Of a DNA stretch of 64,000 nt, positions 47,541 through 57,214 are shown one piece after another. Made by a program: the position numbers and the translations under genes. The notes beneath the pieces were generated by a model that saw only the letters and a list, made by a program, of their open reading frames with translations, searched no databases and was not told where the DNA came from. This DNA comes from Actinomycetota bacterium. GTDB lineage: Bacteria; Actinomycetota; Acidimicrobiia; Acidimicrobiales; Acidimicrobiaceae. Position 1 is the first letter of the stretch. Every line of letters starts with the position of its first letter. The DNA is taken from assembly GCA_027366165.1 (NCBI GenBank), contig DAHXKX010000100.1:3720-67719 (forward strand), in the 5' to 3' direction.

Positions 47541-48684
47541 CTGATTCTCACTGACATACGCTACCGGAATTACCGCCTTTGGCAAGCAGGGCTACCCGGG
47601 ATTCAAGGCGGCTATCCGTAGTACTTGGGTCCAGGGTTGCTCAAAAACAATTTTCGACTTCGCGGTAATCGGTCAGAACCATTCCGGCCCCTGGACCATC
47701 GACATTATGCGGTCAGTCCGCCAATTAGATTTCTGGCTGGCAGACACGAGTGATGGCCATTCACCCATTACGCCTATTCAACGGTCATGGCCAAACCCGT
47801 GTATGCGACCGTGTCGATCCGCTGTGACCGAACAGTGGCCAGAATTTAGTGAATATAGTCCGATTGAATCCCAGTTTCTCTGCTTCGCATTGGCACGGAC
47901 TGTCCACTACGCCTTTGGCTGAACGGTCTGTGTTCAGGACCTTCGAAGTCTCCCCCTGCGACCAGTTCATAGTCCCGCACCAGAGTGGTAGTGATCTTTT
48001 CTGCCCCCCCAACTCGGGGCCTATTGGCTCTCCTAAGGGTTCTTATTGGTGGGAACAGTGGCTGTGTGAAGCTCGTGTGCCACATGGTCGAGTGGCGGTG
48101 GGCACCTCTGGCTGAGATCAAAACTTCTGTCAATGTCCAGTCGTAAATTAAACAGAACCGTAGCCATCCGGCTTGGTGGGACTTGGATTTTCCTCAATTA
48201 TGGTCAAGTCTTTTTGCTGAGGCAGAAGCCCTCATTCCGTCCGGTCTTTCGTCGAGTGGGAGGACAAGCGTAGTGCTCCGGGTTGTTCCCCTGGTTTCAA
48301 ATATCCGGTTTAACTCTTTGAGTAGTGCATTTAAAATGAAAAAGACCTGTAACGGATCAGGTAAGGCTTCTACATGTTTTAGCCAGCTCACGCGTTTCTG
48401 TAGCGGTACTGATCCTTATAGAGTGTCTTAGCTTTAATGGGTTTTCTGGGAGACCCAGCTTGTAGACAAAACAGGCATCGCAGCAGTGGCTGTTCAAGGG
48501 GGAGCTAGAGCTGTGACAGGGCTACAGTCTCTGGCGGAGGCTAATGGGAGTGTCCCAATTTCTAAGTTTGGCCCATGGCGGTGGCGCCACTTGCCTTGAC
48601 TCCACAGACTCATCTGTGGACTGTTAGGGTCAGAGTACTTTGGGTTGGCCCATAAAACAACATGCCCGAATGTGGGGCTGACTC

Positions 48685-49806
48685 CTATGGTTGAGCACCA
48701 AGAACAATTACTGTGGAAAACTTTCGGCCATGTCGCAAATATGTCACACTCACACTGGTGCCAGGCGCATGGGTGAGAGCAATCGCCACCAATTGGTCCG
48801 TGGAGATAGCTGGCTTTCCTGAAAGCATCGTCATAATATCTCCCGCTGAAATTCCGGCGCGACTTGCAGGCCCATTCGGGTCCACGGCGGTAACCAGTAT
48901 TCCTGTAGATGTTCCCGCCTCAACGGAGGAATCAGACGGAACCGGCTCAGCGGTCAACCCCAGATCAGCATGAGTTACCTTGCCTGTCTCGATGATCTGA
49001 TTCACAATCGGTACCATGACATCAACTGGTATAGCAAATCCCAGACCGATACTTCCACCGCTGGTCTGGCCGGATTCATTTGGAACGGTTGCACCTGCAG
49101 ATGGTATGCCAATGAGGCTGCCGCTGCAATCAACAAGTGCACCTCCGCTGTTGCCGGGATTTATTGCAGCATCCGTTTGTAGTGCGTTGAGGAGTACCGC
49201 AGACTGCCCTTTTTCCCCTGGAACACTAATCGTACGGTCGAGAGCACTTATTATTCCACTTGTCACGGTGCTTGAAAGGCCCAGCGGAGATCCGAGCACA
49301 ACAACAGGTTCACCGATCTCAACTTGCCCAGAAGATCCCAAAGCAATATTCGACAAGGGTCGTGCCACGCTCACCTTCAACACCGCCAGGTCGGTCAGCG
49401 GATCACGACCGACAATCATAGCCGGTGCGACAGCGCCGTCGTTGAAACGAACCTGCACCGAACCACCTTCCGCTGCGATCGAAACAACGTGGTTGTTGGT
49501 GACTATATACCCGTCTGAGCGTATGACTTCACCTGATCCAGTGTCACCAACCACCTCACCACTAACAGAAGAGGTTCCAGTTGCACTAACGGTGACGACA
49601 GATGGCAAATCTTTAGTGGCAACAGCGGTCACCGAGCATGGGGTATTCCCCCCAGTAGCGGCAGTTGCAGCGCCACCGGCATTCCCAGGCGGATATAGCG
49701 CATAGGCGATCACTCCCCCTACGAAACCACCCACCAAAGCAACGAGCAATATGACTACAACAAACTCACTCCGCCGACGCCAACCCGAACTCTCCGATTC
49801 ACCCAT
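48685..49806 (-). CDS. S1C (HtrA/DegP-like) serine protease with PDZ domain
   Basis: An N-terminal TM anchor is followed by the catalytic motifs TNNHV, D-L-A-V-L-K and GNSGGALVD, then a C-terminal PDZ domain. Confidence 0.85.
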   Translation of the reverse strand: MGESESSGWRRRSEFVVVILLVALVGGFVGGVIAYALYPPGNAGGAATAATGGNTPCSVTAVATKDLPSVVTVSATGTSSVSGEVVGDTGSGEVIRSDGYIVTNNHVVSIAAEGGSVQVRFNDGAVAPAMIVGRDPLTDLAVLKVSVARPLSNIALGSSGQVEIGEPVVVLGSPLGLSSTVTSGIISALDRTISVPGEKGQSAVLLNALQTDAAINPGNSGGALVDCSGSLIGIPSAGATVPNESGQTSGGSIGLGFAIPVDVMVPIVNQIIETGKVTHADLGLTAEPVPSDSSVEAGTSTGILVTAVDPNGPASRAGISAGDIMTMLSGKPAISTDQLVAIALTHAPGTSVSVTYLRHGRKFSTVIVLGAQP

Positions 49807-50163
49807 CCACTTGCTCCCCCTGATTCAGCAAGCCACAACGTGATATTATCACTGAGCACCACCGGCGATACACAACGAAATCCGAAACAACCAGCTGAGT
49901 CAGCCTATCGTTAGGCACCGCCATCATGGTTTCATTCGCGCAACAGCGCCTTTGGTTCTGTTCGAACCTTCAAGAAGTGACCAAGTTCAGTAGGCCCTTG
50001 CGCCAAAATCTTAAAACAAGAAGCGGGCGCCCGCAAGACCAGGCGAATTAAATCAGGATCCCACAGCGGATCAATCGAAAGTGATCATGAGAGCCAGGAA
50101 TTGGTGCAGCTCACCGCATTGCTGTCTGCGATCAAGCAAGAGTATTACCGAAGAACAAGACAA

Positions 50164-50193
50164 GTCCCCGCCTTTGGATCCGCAGGCGGGGAC
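50164..50193 (-). terminator. Intrinsic terminator downstream of the formate/nitrite transporter gene
   Basis: A 9-bp GC-rich stem pairs gtccccgcc (50164-72) with ggcggggac (50185-93). On the minus strand it is followed by TTGTCTTGTTCTTC. Confidence 0.7.
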
Positions 50194-50225
50194 TTTCACA
50201 ACTCGAAACTAGAAATCAGGTGCCT

Positions 50226-51020
50226 CTACGCCGCTGCCTCGGACTTTTCATTACGCATATAGCTGAACCAGTAAACAGCTGCTACAAAGATCCAACCTCC
50301 AATTGCATTTCCAATGAAAGCAGCGCTCAACTCGCTAAAAGCACTGCCCCAGCTGATATTGCCATGGACGAAAATCGCTGCAGGAATGAAAAACATGTTT
50401 GCGACAACGTGCTGGAAACCAACTGCAACGAAAGTCATTATCGGAAACCAAATCGCGAAAATCTTGCCGATTATATCCTTGGCACCAATTGCCATCCAGA
50501 CTGCTAATCCAACCAGCCAGTTACATCCAATTCCAGACGCAATTGTCGCCAGATAGGAGAGATGAACCTTGTCGGTAGCCAATGCAATTGTCGCCGTACT
50601 CCAAGGAGCCGCGGTAAGCAATTTCGCCATGTAACCGAACACATACGCGACAAACAGTGACCCTATGAAGTTGCCAATGGCAACCCAGAACCAGTTGTAG
50701 ATTAGCTTGATTCCGGAAATCTTGCCGCTGTGAAGAGCCAATGGAAGGCTCATCATGTTTCCCGTCAACAGTTCCGCACCAGCGATGACACAAAGAATGA
50801 GTCCTACGGGAAAAACAGCTGCGCCGATAAAAAGCTTTAACGTTCCAAACGTTGCCGGAATCCCAGCCGTTACACGGATATCGACAAGGCCTCCCAAAGC
50901 GATGAACGCACCGGCCAAGAATCCCAAAACGAGCAACTTACCGATGCTCAACTTCGTCTTTGCCACGCCTGCTTCAACCGTCGCTGCGGCAATTTCCGGC
51001 GGTGAAAGGAAGTTATTCAT
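50226..51020 (-). CDS. Formate/nitrite transporter family protein (FocA/NirC)
   Basis: Six TM helices, with GAELLTGNMM and NWLVGLAVW motifs typical of FNT channels. Confidence 0.85.
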   Translation of the reverse strand: MNNFLSPPEIAAATVEAGVAKTKLSIGKLLVLGFLAGAFIALGGLVDIRVTAGIPATFGTLKLFIGAAVFPVGLILCVIAGAELLTGNMMSLPLALHSGKISGIKLIYNWFWVAIGNFIGSLFVAYVFGYMAKLLTAAPWSTATIALATDKVHLSYLATIASGIGCNWLVGLAVWMAIGAKDIIGKIFAIWFPIMTFVAVGFQHVVANMFFIPAAIFVHGNISWGSAFSELSAAFIGNAIGGWIFVAAVYWFSYMRNEKSEAAA

Positions 51021-51319
51021 TAATGACCCCCCATAATTGAGTTATTCCAAATTGGAGGTTATACCCCATGTAGTATTCTTACAAGGACTGAAGCCAACAA
51101 TTTCCCCCGCGAGCCGTTGATGTGGGACCCAACCAGGATATCCGTTGAGATAATGGCGGGATCATGGCCACATTTCTCCAAACATTTGGGCGTCAAGATC
51201 CCTCTCAGTACACGCGGGATCCGCGGCCAAAGACAGACGTTAAACGGAAGTGATACCCAATCGAAATTATCAAACGGAAGAAGCTCCAAGTCCGATTAAA
51301 GACGGAACTCGTCTGGCAC

Positions 51320-52000
51320 CTAGTCTTCTTCAACTCTTGCGACTAGAGCCAGGTCTTCGGCCATCACCCAGCCGAACGCGCACACGCAGTCGAAACGGGT
51401 TGCATCAAGTGGCTCGAAAAATTTGCTGAACTCGTCGAACTTGCCATTAAGGCTACGATCAGTGAAATCGATATACCCGTCAACCATTCCGGTGCCCGCC
51501 AAAACAAAAGTTCTATCATCGAGCCTGTGTTCGCCACCAAACCTCTTTGCCAAACGCCGCGCCCAGGCACGCTCCTCACCAGTCGGCTTATACCCGGGAC
51601 GTGGTACGACATCAATGAGGGTGTCCAAAAGCGCATACCCATGTGCTGAAATGAGCCTGCATCCTATAAGAACATCCTCGTCGGGAAACGCAAGAACGGC
51701 TTTCCGGTACTGATCCTGGAGCATGGACTTCAAGATCTCAGAGCCATCCTCACCATCTCTAATGGTCAGGATCCCCATCACGATTGCTGGAGTCCCGCCA
51801 ATCCTCTCCAGCGTGTAGAACGCAAAACCAACCAGTTCGTCACCAATATGGGCATCAGTGACAAGCACCCAGTCTTCTTGCTGTTTAGATAAAAACCCTA
51901 GATCGAACCCAGATCCGCCCTTTTCTGCCAAGTCTGCCATCGCAGCCAATTCGGCATCACCTAGTGCGGTACAGTCTTTGGTCGAAACATCAATCGGCAT
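51320..52000 (-). CDS. Hypothetical protein (possibly GNAT-like fold)
   Basis: 226 aa. I recognised no clear motif. The GNAT suggestion rests only on size and the pattern VGFAFYTLERIGG... Confidence 0.45.
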   Translation of the reverse strand: MPIDVSTKDCTALGDAELAAMADLAEKGGSGFDLGFLSKQQEDWVLVTDAHIGDELVGFAFYTLERIGGTPAIVMGILTIRDGEDGSEILKSMLQDQYRKAVLAFPDEDVLIGCRLISAHGYALLDTLIDVVPRPGYKPTGEERAWARRLAKRFGGEHRLDDRTFVLAGTGMVDGYIDFTDRSLNGKFDEFSKFFEPLDATRFDCVCAFGWVMAEDLALVARVEED

Positions 52001-52079
52001 GGTAATACAGAATCTCCTGAAGATCTACCTTCGATCATTCTAGTCGTTCAGATGAAGTTTCAGAACCATGGAAACCCAG

Positions 52080-55000
52080 CTATGCACTCAGACTGGCCAT
52101 TCCGCTTGCATCGAAGATCGCGTTGGCTCCGAATAAGACCCGCAGTTCGCCAATTAGCCCACCCCTGTCATTTACCCTATATTCAATGGGCAGTTGGTAG
52201 ACATCATCCCCTATATGCAGACGAACCGGGACATTCCCCTGGTGGTCACTAAGCAGGCTTTTCAATCTGGCAAGGTTGCTCTGGGTAAGCTGGGTCAATC
52301 CAATTCGAATCCCCAAGGGCTGATTTGAACCTGAGGTCAGATTTGGCCGCGAAAGCGAGTGCGCAACAATTTTCGCCTGATCATCCCGTGTGTCCACCCT
52401 TCCTTTCACTACGAAGATGGCATCCTCCTCGAGCATCGCACCGAACTCAGCCATCTGGCGCGGAAAAAGGAAGACCTCGATCGAGGAGGTTAGATCTTCA
52501 AGTACAAAGTTACCCATCAGGTCACCACGTTTGGTGTATCGCCTACTCACGGTCGTCGCTACCCCGCCAACAGTTATCATTTCGTCGCCCCGTTGAGTGG
52601 TTGGAAGTTCCAGCGCTTCGGAGATGGAAAAGTCCGCAAACCTGGAGAGTGCCTTCTCTAGACCGAGCAGGGGATGATCAGATACATATAGACCCAGCAT
52701 CTCCTTCTCTGATGCAAGTAGCTCCGACTTTTCAAACTCGACATCAGGGATGGTCACTTCAATGTTGGGAGAGGAATCCGGCTCATCAAACGGCGAGTCG
52801 AAAAGGCTCATGATTCCGGCCTCGATCTCCTTGCGTTTTGTCAGCCCCCGGTCGATTGTGGTTTCGTATATCGCAAGCAAGCCCTTCCGGGGATGGCCCA
52901 GCGAATCAAACGCTCCAGACCGGATGAGCGCCTCCACGCTTCGCTTATTCAAGGCCACTGGATCAACCCTCATACAGTAATCCACAAAAGACTGAAATGG
53001 GCCATTCTTCTCCCGCTCCGACACGATCAGCTCGACTACGGACTCACCCACGTTGCGTACCGCCGCAAGACCAAATCGAATTGACCCGTTGCCTTCCGAT
53101 GAAGGAATTGCTGTGAAATCCGATCGTGAGACATTGACATCTGGCACCATCACCTGAATCTGGTGATCACGGGCATCGGAAAGGTAGACCGCAGTCTTCT
53201 CTTTGTCATCTTTGACAGAAGTAAGGATCGCAGCCAGAAACTGTACCGCAAAGTTTGCCTTTAACCAAGCCGTTTGATATGCAATGAGACCGTAGCCATA
53301 GGAGTGGCTCTTATTGAACGCGTAATCCGCAAATGGTTCAATTATGTCGAATAGCGCTGTTCCTATCGCTTCTCCATAACCCGATCGCTGGCAACCCTCG
53401 ACAAACTTCTCTCTTTCAGCCTGGATCATCGAGCGAATCTTCTTGCCGCAGGCCTTGCGGAGATTGTCAGCCTCGGCGAGGGTGTACCCGGCAAACTTCT
53501 GAGCAACCCTCATCACTGACTCCTGATATATCATCAATCCGTAGGTGTCAGCAAGAATCTCCTTTAGATCTTCGTGGATATAATCAATGGACTTTCGTGC
53601 GTTCTTCCGGTCCGCATAGTCATTGTGCATGTTCGCGGCCATGGGCCCAGGCCTGTAAAGCGCGACCAACGCCGCTATGTCATCGAAACTTGTAGGCGCA
53701 AGTGAACGCATCAAAGCCCTCATTGGACGACCCTCAAGCTGAAATACCCCTATTGAATCCCCTTCGCGAAGCATTGCCAGGGTCTTGTCGTCGTCCAAAG
53801 GTATCGAATCAATGTCAGGCCTCGCACCAGTCGTCTCAGCAATGAGATCCAGAGCCCGCTCGATAATGGACAGGGTCCTCAGGCCAAGGAAGTCCATCTT
53901 AAGCAGGCCCAGCTCCTCCACGCCGTGCATCTCATACTGCGTGACTATCGGCGCCTGGTCGGCTGGACTGCCCGGATCGGGCTTACGCTGAATCGGCAGA
54001 TATTCCGTTAATGGCTCATGTGTAATAACCACCGCTGCAGCATGAATTCCGTCCTGGCGGCGCAGCCCCTCGAGGCCGCGGGCAACTTCAATCACACGCT
54101 TGGCGTCAGAATCGGACTCACACATCTCCCTGAGGTCCGAGGCCATATTGAAACCATCCTCATATCCTTCAACCCGGTCGAGGCAGGCCCTCAATGGGGT
54201 ATCCCTGCCCATAATGAGTGGAGGCATGGCTTTCGCAATCTTGTCGCCGATTCCATAGGGATACCCCAACACCCTGGCCGCATCCCGCACAGCTGCTCTG
54301 GCCTTAATAGTGGAGAATGTGACGATCTGCGCTACCCGATCCCAACCATATCGCTCGGTGGCATAACGAATCATATCCGAGCGATACCGCTCGTCGAAGT
54401 CCATATCGATGTCAGGCATCTGAATTCGACCCGGATTGAGAAACCTCTCGAACAGAAGGTCGTATTTGATCGGATCCAAATCGACAATGCCCAAACAGTA
54501 GGCGACACAACAACCGGCAGCCGAACCTCTCCCCGGGCCTACCCTGATCTTATTGTCCTTGGCGTACTTTATAAGATCCCACACAACGAGAAAGTAGGCT
54601 GAAAACCCCATTTCCGAGATGACAGAAAGCTCGTAATCAAGTCTTGTCTTTACTTCTTCGCGCAGGTCGGAACCATATCTGACCGCCGCTCCTCTGTAAG
54701 TGAGATGCCGTAGATACTCTGCTGCCGACTCCTCATAAGACTTCTCGCTTTGAAACTCTATGGGAACCGGGAACTCCGGGAGTTTTGGCTTTCCAAATTC
54801 AATCTCAACCTGCGCCCTCTCAGCTATCCACAAAGTATTGTCGCAGGCTTGCTCAACACCGGAAAATAGCTCCCGCATTTCGGCAGCACTCTTTAGATAG
54901 TGCTGATCTCCGTGGAACTTGAAGCGCTTCTCATCCGCAAGAGTTGCACCGGTTTGCACACATAAAAGAGCGTCATGGGCTACCGAGTCTTCTCGGGAGT

Positions 55001-55667
55001 TGTAATGAGAATCATTGGTTGCCAATAGAGGGGCGTCTAACTTCCTGGCCAGTTCGATCAGCAGCGGATTCGTGCGCTTCTGCTCCGGAATCCCGTGATC
55101 CTGGAGTTCGACAAACAAGTTATCTCTCCCAAATATCTCCTGAAGGTTCCCGGCTATCTTGCACGCCTGCTCCTCATCACCTTTTAGTAATGACTGCAGC
55201 ACCAGGCCGCCCAAACAGCCTGTAGTCGCAATTACCCCTTCGTGATACCGATCGAGCAGCTCAAAATCAACCCGAGGTTTGTAGTAATACCCCTCCAAAT
55301 ATGCGGCAGAGGAAAGCTTCATCAGATTTTTGTAACCTTGGTTGTTCTCCGCCAGAAGGATTAAGTGGTAATAGAGTTTTTCACCGCCGTCGGAGTCCCC
55401 GCCGGTATCGTCCACCTTGCCCCGTCTAGCCGGACGGTCAAATCGCGAACCGCCGGACATGTAGGCCTCGATACCAATGATCGGATTTATCCCCTGGGAT
55501 CTGCACTCCTTGTAAAAGTCCAAAACCCCGTACATGTTTCCATGGTCTGTTATGGCTAAGGCCGGCTGGTTGTCGGCCTTAGCCTTCGCCACGGCTTCTT
55601 TGATTCTTGCAGCTCCATCAAGCATTGAAAATTCTGTGTGTGTGTGCAGGTGAACAAAGGATTTCAT
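52080..55667 (-). CDS. dnaE: DNA polymerase III subunit alpha
   Basis: The PHP domain start is MKSFVHLHTHTEFSMLDGA. Also present are LGLLKMDFLGLR and a C-terminal OB fold. The track ORF starts at 55712. Confidence 0.95.
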   Translation of the reverse strand: MKSFVHLHTHTEFSMLDGAARIKEAVAKAKADNQPALAITDHGNMYGVLDFYKECRSQGINPIIGIEAYMSGGSRFDRPARRGKVDDTGGDSDGGEKLYYHLILLAENNQGYKNLMKLSSAAYLEGYYYKPRVDFELLDRYHEGVIATTGCLGGLVLQSLLKGDEEQACKIAGNLQEIFGRDNLFVELQDHGIPEQKRTNPLLIELARKLDAPLLATNDSHYNSREDSVAHDALLCVQTGATLADEKRFKFHGDQHYLKSAAEMRELFSGVEQACDNTLWIAERAQVEIEFGKPKLPEFPVPIEFQSEKSYEESAAEYLRHLTYRGAAVRYGSDLREEVKTRLDYELSVISEMGFSAYFLVVWDLIKYAKDNKIRVGPGRGSAAGCCVAYCLGIVDLDPIKYDLLFERFLNPGRIQMPDIDMDFDERYRSDMIRYATERYGWDRVAQIVTFSTIKARAAVRDAARVLGYPYGIGDKIAKAMPPLIMGRDTPLRACLDRVEGYEDGFNMASDLREMCESDSDAKRVIEVARGLEGLRRQDGIHAAAVVITHEPLTEYLPIQRKPDPGSPADQAPIVTQYEMHGVEELGLLKMDFLGLRTLSIIERALDLIAETTGARPDIDSIPLDDDKTLAMLREGDSIGVFQLEGRPMRALMRSLAPTSFDDIAALVALYRPGPMAANMHNDYADRKNARKSIDYIHEDLKEILADTYGLMIYQESVMRVAQKFAGYTLAEADNLRKACGKKIRSMIQAEREKFVEGCQRSGYGEAIGTALFDIIEPFADYAFNKSHSYGYGLIAYQTAWLKANFAVQFLAAILTSVKDDKEKTAVYLSDARDHQIQVMVPDVNVSRSDFTAIPSSEGNGSIRFGLAAVRNVGESVVELIVSEREKNGPFQSFVDYCMRVDPVALNKRSVEALIRSGAFDSLGHPRKGLLAIYETTIDRGLTKRKEIEAGIMSLFDSPFDEPDSSPNIEVTIPDVEFEKSELLASEKEMLGLYVSDHPLLGLEKALSRFADFSISEALELPTTQRGDEMITVGGVATTVSRRYTKRGDLMGNFVLEDLTSSIEVFLFPRQMAEFGAMLEEDAIFVVKGRVDTRDDQAKIVAHSLSRPNLTSGSNQPLGIRIGLTQLTQSNLARLKSLLSDHQGNVPVRLHIGDDVYQLPIEYRVNDRGGLIGELRVLFGANAIFDASGMASLSA

Positions 55668-55717
55668 TTTCCCGGCCCTTGCCCAAACATATAAACCCCT
55701 TTTAGACACCACAAAAC

Positions 55718-55748
55718 GACAGTTCGAAAGTTCGACAGTTCGAAAACC
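55718..55748 (-). repeat. Three tandem octamers TCGAACTK upstream of dnaE
   Basis: The minus strand reads GGTTT TCGAACTG TCGAACTT TCGAACTG TC. This lies 51-81 nt upstream of the ATG at 55667. Confidence 0.6.
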
Positions 55749-56230
55749 AGTTTTTCAACTGCAGTACAAACTTACTCCGCAATTGAATTCGAGACTCTCC
55801 AAACAGTCGAGAATCGGGAAAAATTACACATCTGTAATCTAGTGCGCAAAAGCCGGCATAATTGTCGGCAAAGCCTTCCGACAAACCAATCAGCACCCTA
55901 TTGGGAAACAAATTGATCGGGATCCCCGAACAAACACAATCCACCTGGCCAGCCGGCTTCGCAAATCGATTTCACGGAGTAATCCCCCATAGCTCTGAAG
56001 CCCTTTTCAATGAAATCAACTTCATCATCGCTGATCGCCTGATGGAGCTTCCTTCTCTGCCCAGCTGATCGTCAACAAAACAATGCCATTTGCGACAACA
56101 ACATGCCGCAACCTCCACATCTCATTGACATTTTCAGCTAGCCGCTGACGGACACATGCCACCTAATTTCCGTTCTTCCATATAGAGCGCCTTGCGTGTA
56201 AGATCTGCGGAATTAGAAAGGGGTCAGGGA

Positions 56231-57211
56231 ATGAAATACACTGCTATGGCATTTGAAGCCTTTGGCGATCCCAGTGTCTTTACTAAAAAGGAGTTCGATC
56301 TGTTTGAACCAGATGACTCTCAGGTGGTGGTGAAAGTCGAAGCAGCGTCTGTGAACTTCGCCGACGTGATGGCCAGGAAGGGAAAATATTCAGTCGCGGG
56401 GCCACCTTATGTGACCGGTCTTGACTTTGTAGGAAGAGTCACCCGCGCCGGAACTGAGGCTGGCGCGGTACTGGTGGGGAAAAGGGTTGTAGGCTTTGGG
56501 GACACCGGATCATACGCTACCGATCTTCTCGCAAATGCCGATCTTGTGTTTGAGATACCGGAAGACATGCCCGTCACAACAGCCGCGGCCTGCCCGCTTC
56601 TGATCGGCACCACCTATGCCCTTTTAACACGAAGGCAAAAGCTCCAACCCGGCGGACGCATTGTCATTCATGCGGCAGCCGGAGGAATAGGGCTCACCGC
56701 GGTCCAGATGGCGAAGCAGCTTGGAGCCTTGTCGGTCATTGCCCTTGTCGGATCCAGTTCGAAAATCGAGGCTGCACGTGCCGCTGGAGCCACGGAGGTC
56801 GTGGCTCTGGACGAATCCCCGAACTACCCAGAGGTCATCAAGGCACTTATTCCCGACGGGGTTGAACTAATCTTGAACTCGGTGGCCGGACCCACCGTTC
56901 AGCAAGACCTTGAGATCCTAAAATCAGATGGCCAAATCGTAGTCTTCGGCATGTCATCAGGTGTGCCCGGCGTAGTCACAACGGATCAGCTTCATCATTC
57001 TTCAAGGGCGGTGTCCGGCTTTTCCTTTGGACATCTCCGGAGAACCGACCCAAAGGGCGCGAGCCAGATCATGGAACAGGCTCTACCCTATGTCACCAGT
57101 GGCCGGATCAAATTTGACAATGTCACTGAATACAGCCTCTACGACGTTGCCAAAGCACACCGAGACTTGGAATCAAGGGCAACCATCGGAAAGTTGATCC
57201 TCATTCCTTAA
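56231..57211 (+). CDS. NADPH:quinone oxidoreductase / zinc-type MDR family protein
   Basis: The fold is GroES-like plus Rossmann, with the motif HAAAGGIGLTAVQMAK. The track ORF starts at 56192. Confidence 0.82.
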   Translation: MKYTAMAFEAFGDPSVFTKKEFDLFEPDDSQVVVKVEAASVNFADVMARKGKYSVAGPPYVTGLDFVGRVTRAGTEAGAVLVGKRVVGFGDTGSYATDLLANADLVFEIPEDMPVTTAAACPLLIGTTYALLTRRQKLQPGGRIVIHAAAGGIGLTAVQMAKQLGALSVIALVGSSSKIEAARAAGATEVVALDESPNYPEVIKALIPDGVELILNSVAGPTVQQDLEILKSDGQIVVFGMSSGVPGVVTTDQLHHSSRAVSGFSFGHLRRTDPKGASQIMEQALPYVTSGRIKFDNVTEYSLYDVAKAHRDLESRATIGKLILIP

Positions 57212-57214
57212 GGA

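Noticed and set aside
48185-48195. RNase P RNA P4-like GAGGAAAATCC on the minus strand
   Set aside because: It has one mismatch to GGAAAGUCC. The other universal blocks (GGUAAGGGUGAAA, AGAUGAAUG...ACAGAACCCGGCUUA) are not present on that strand. The only ACAGAACC lies on the opposite strand.
48289-48308. tRNA T-arm-like cctggtttcaaatatccgg
   Set aside because: The loop is too long, the flanks do not pair, and no acceptor or anticodon arms can be drawn.
55718-55748. LexA SOS box upstream of dnaE
   Set aside because: The actinobacterial box is the palindrome TCGAAC-N4-GTTCGA. Only direct TCGAAC copies are present here, with no inverted GTTCGA partner.
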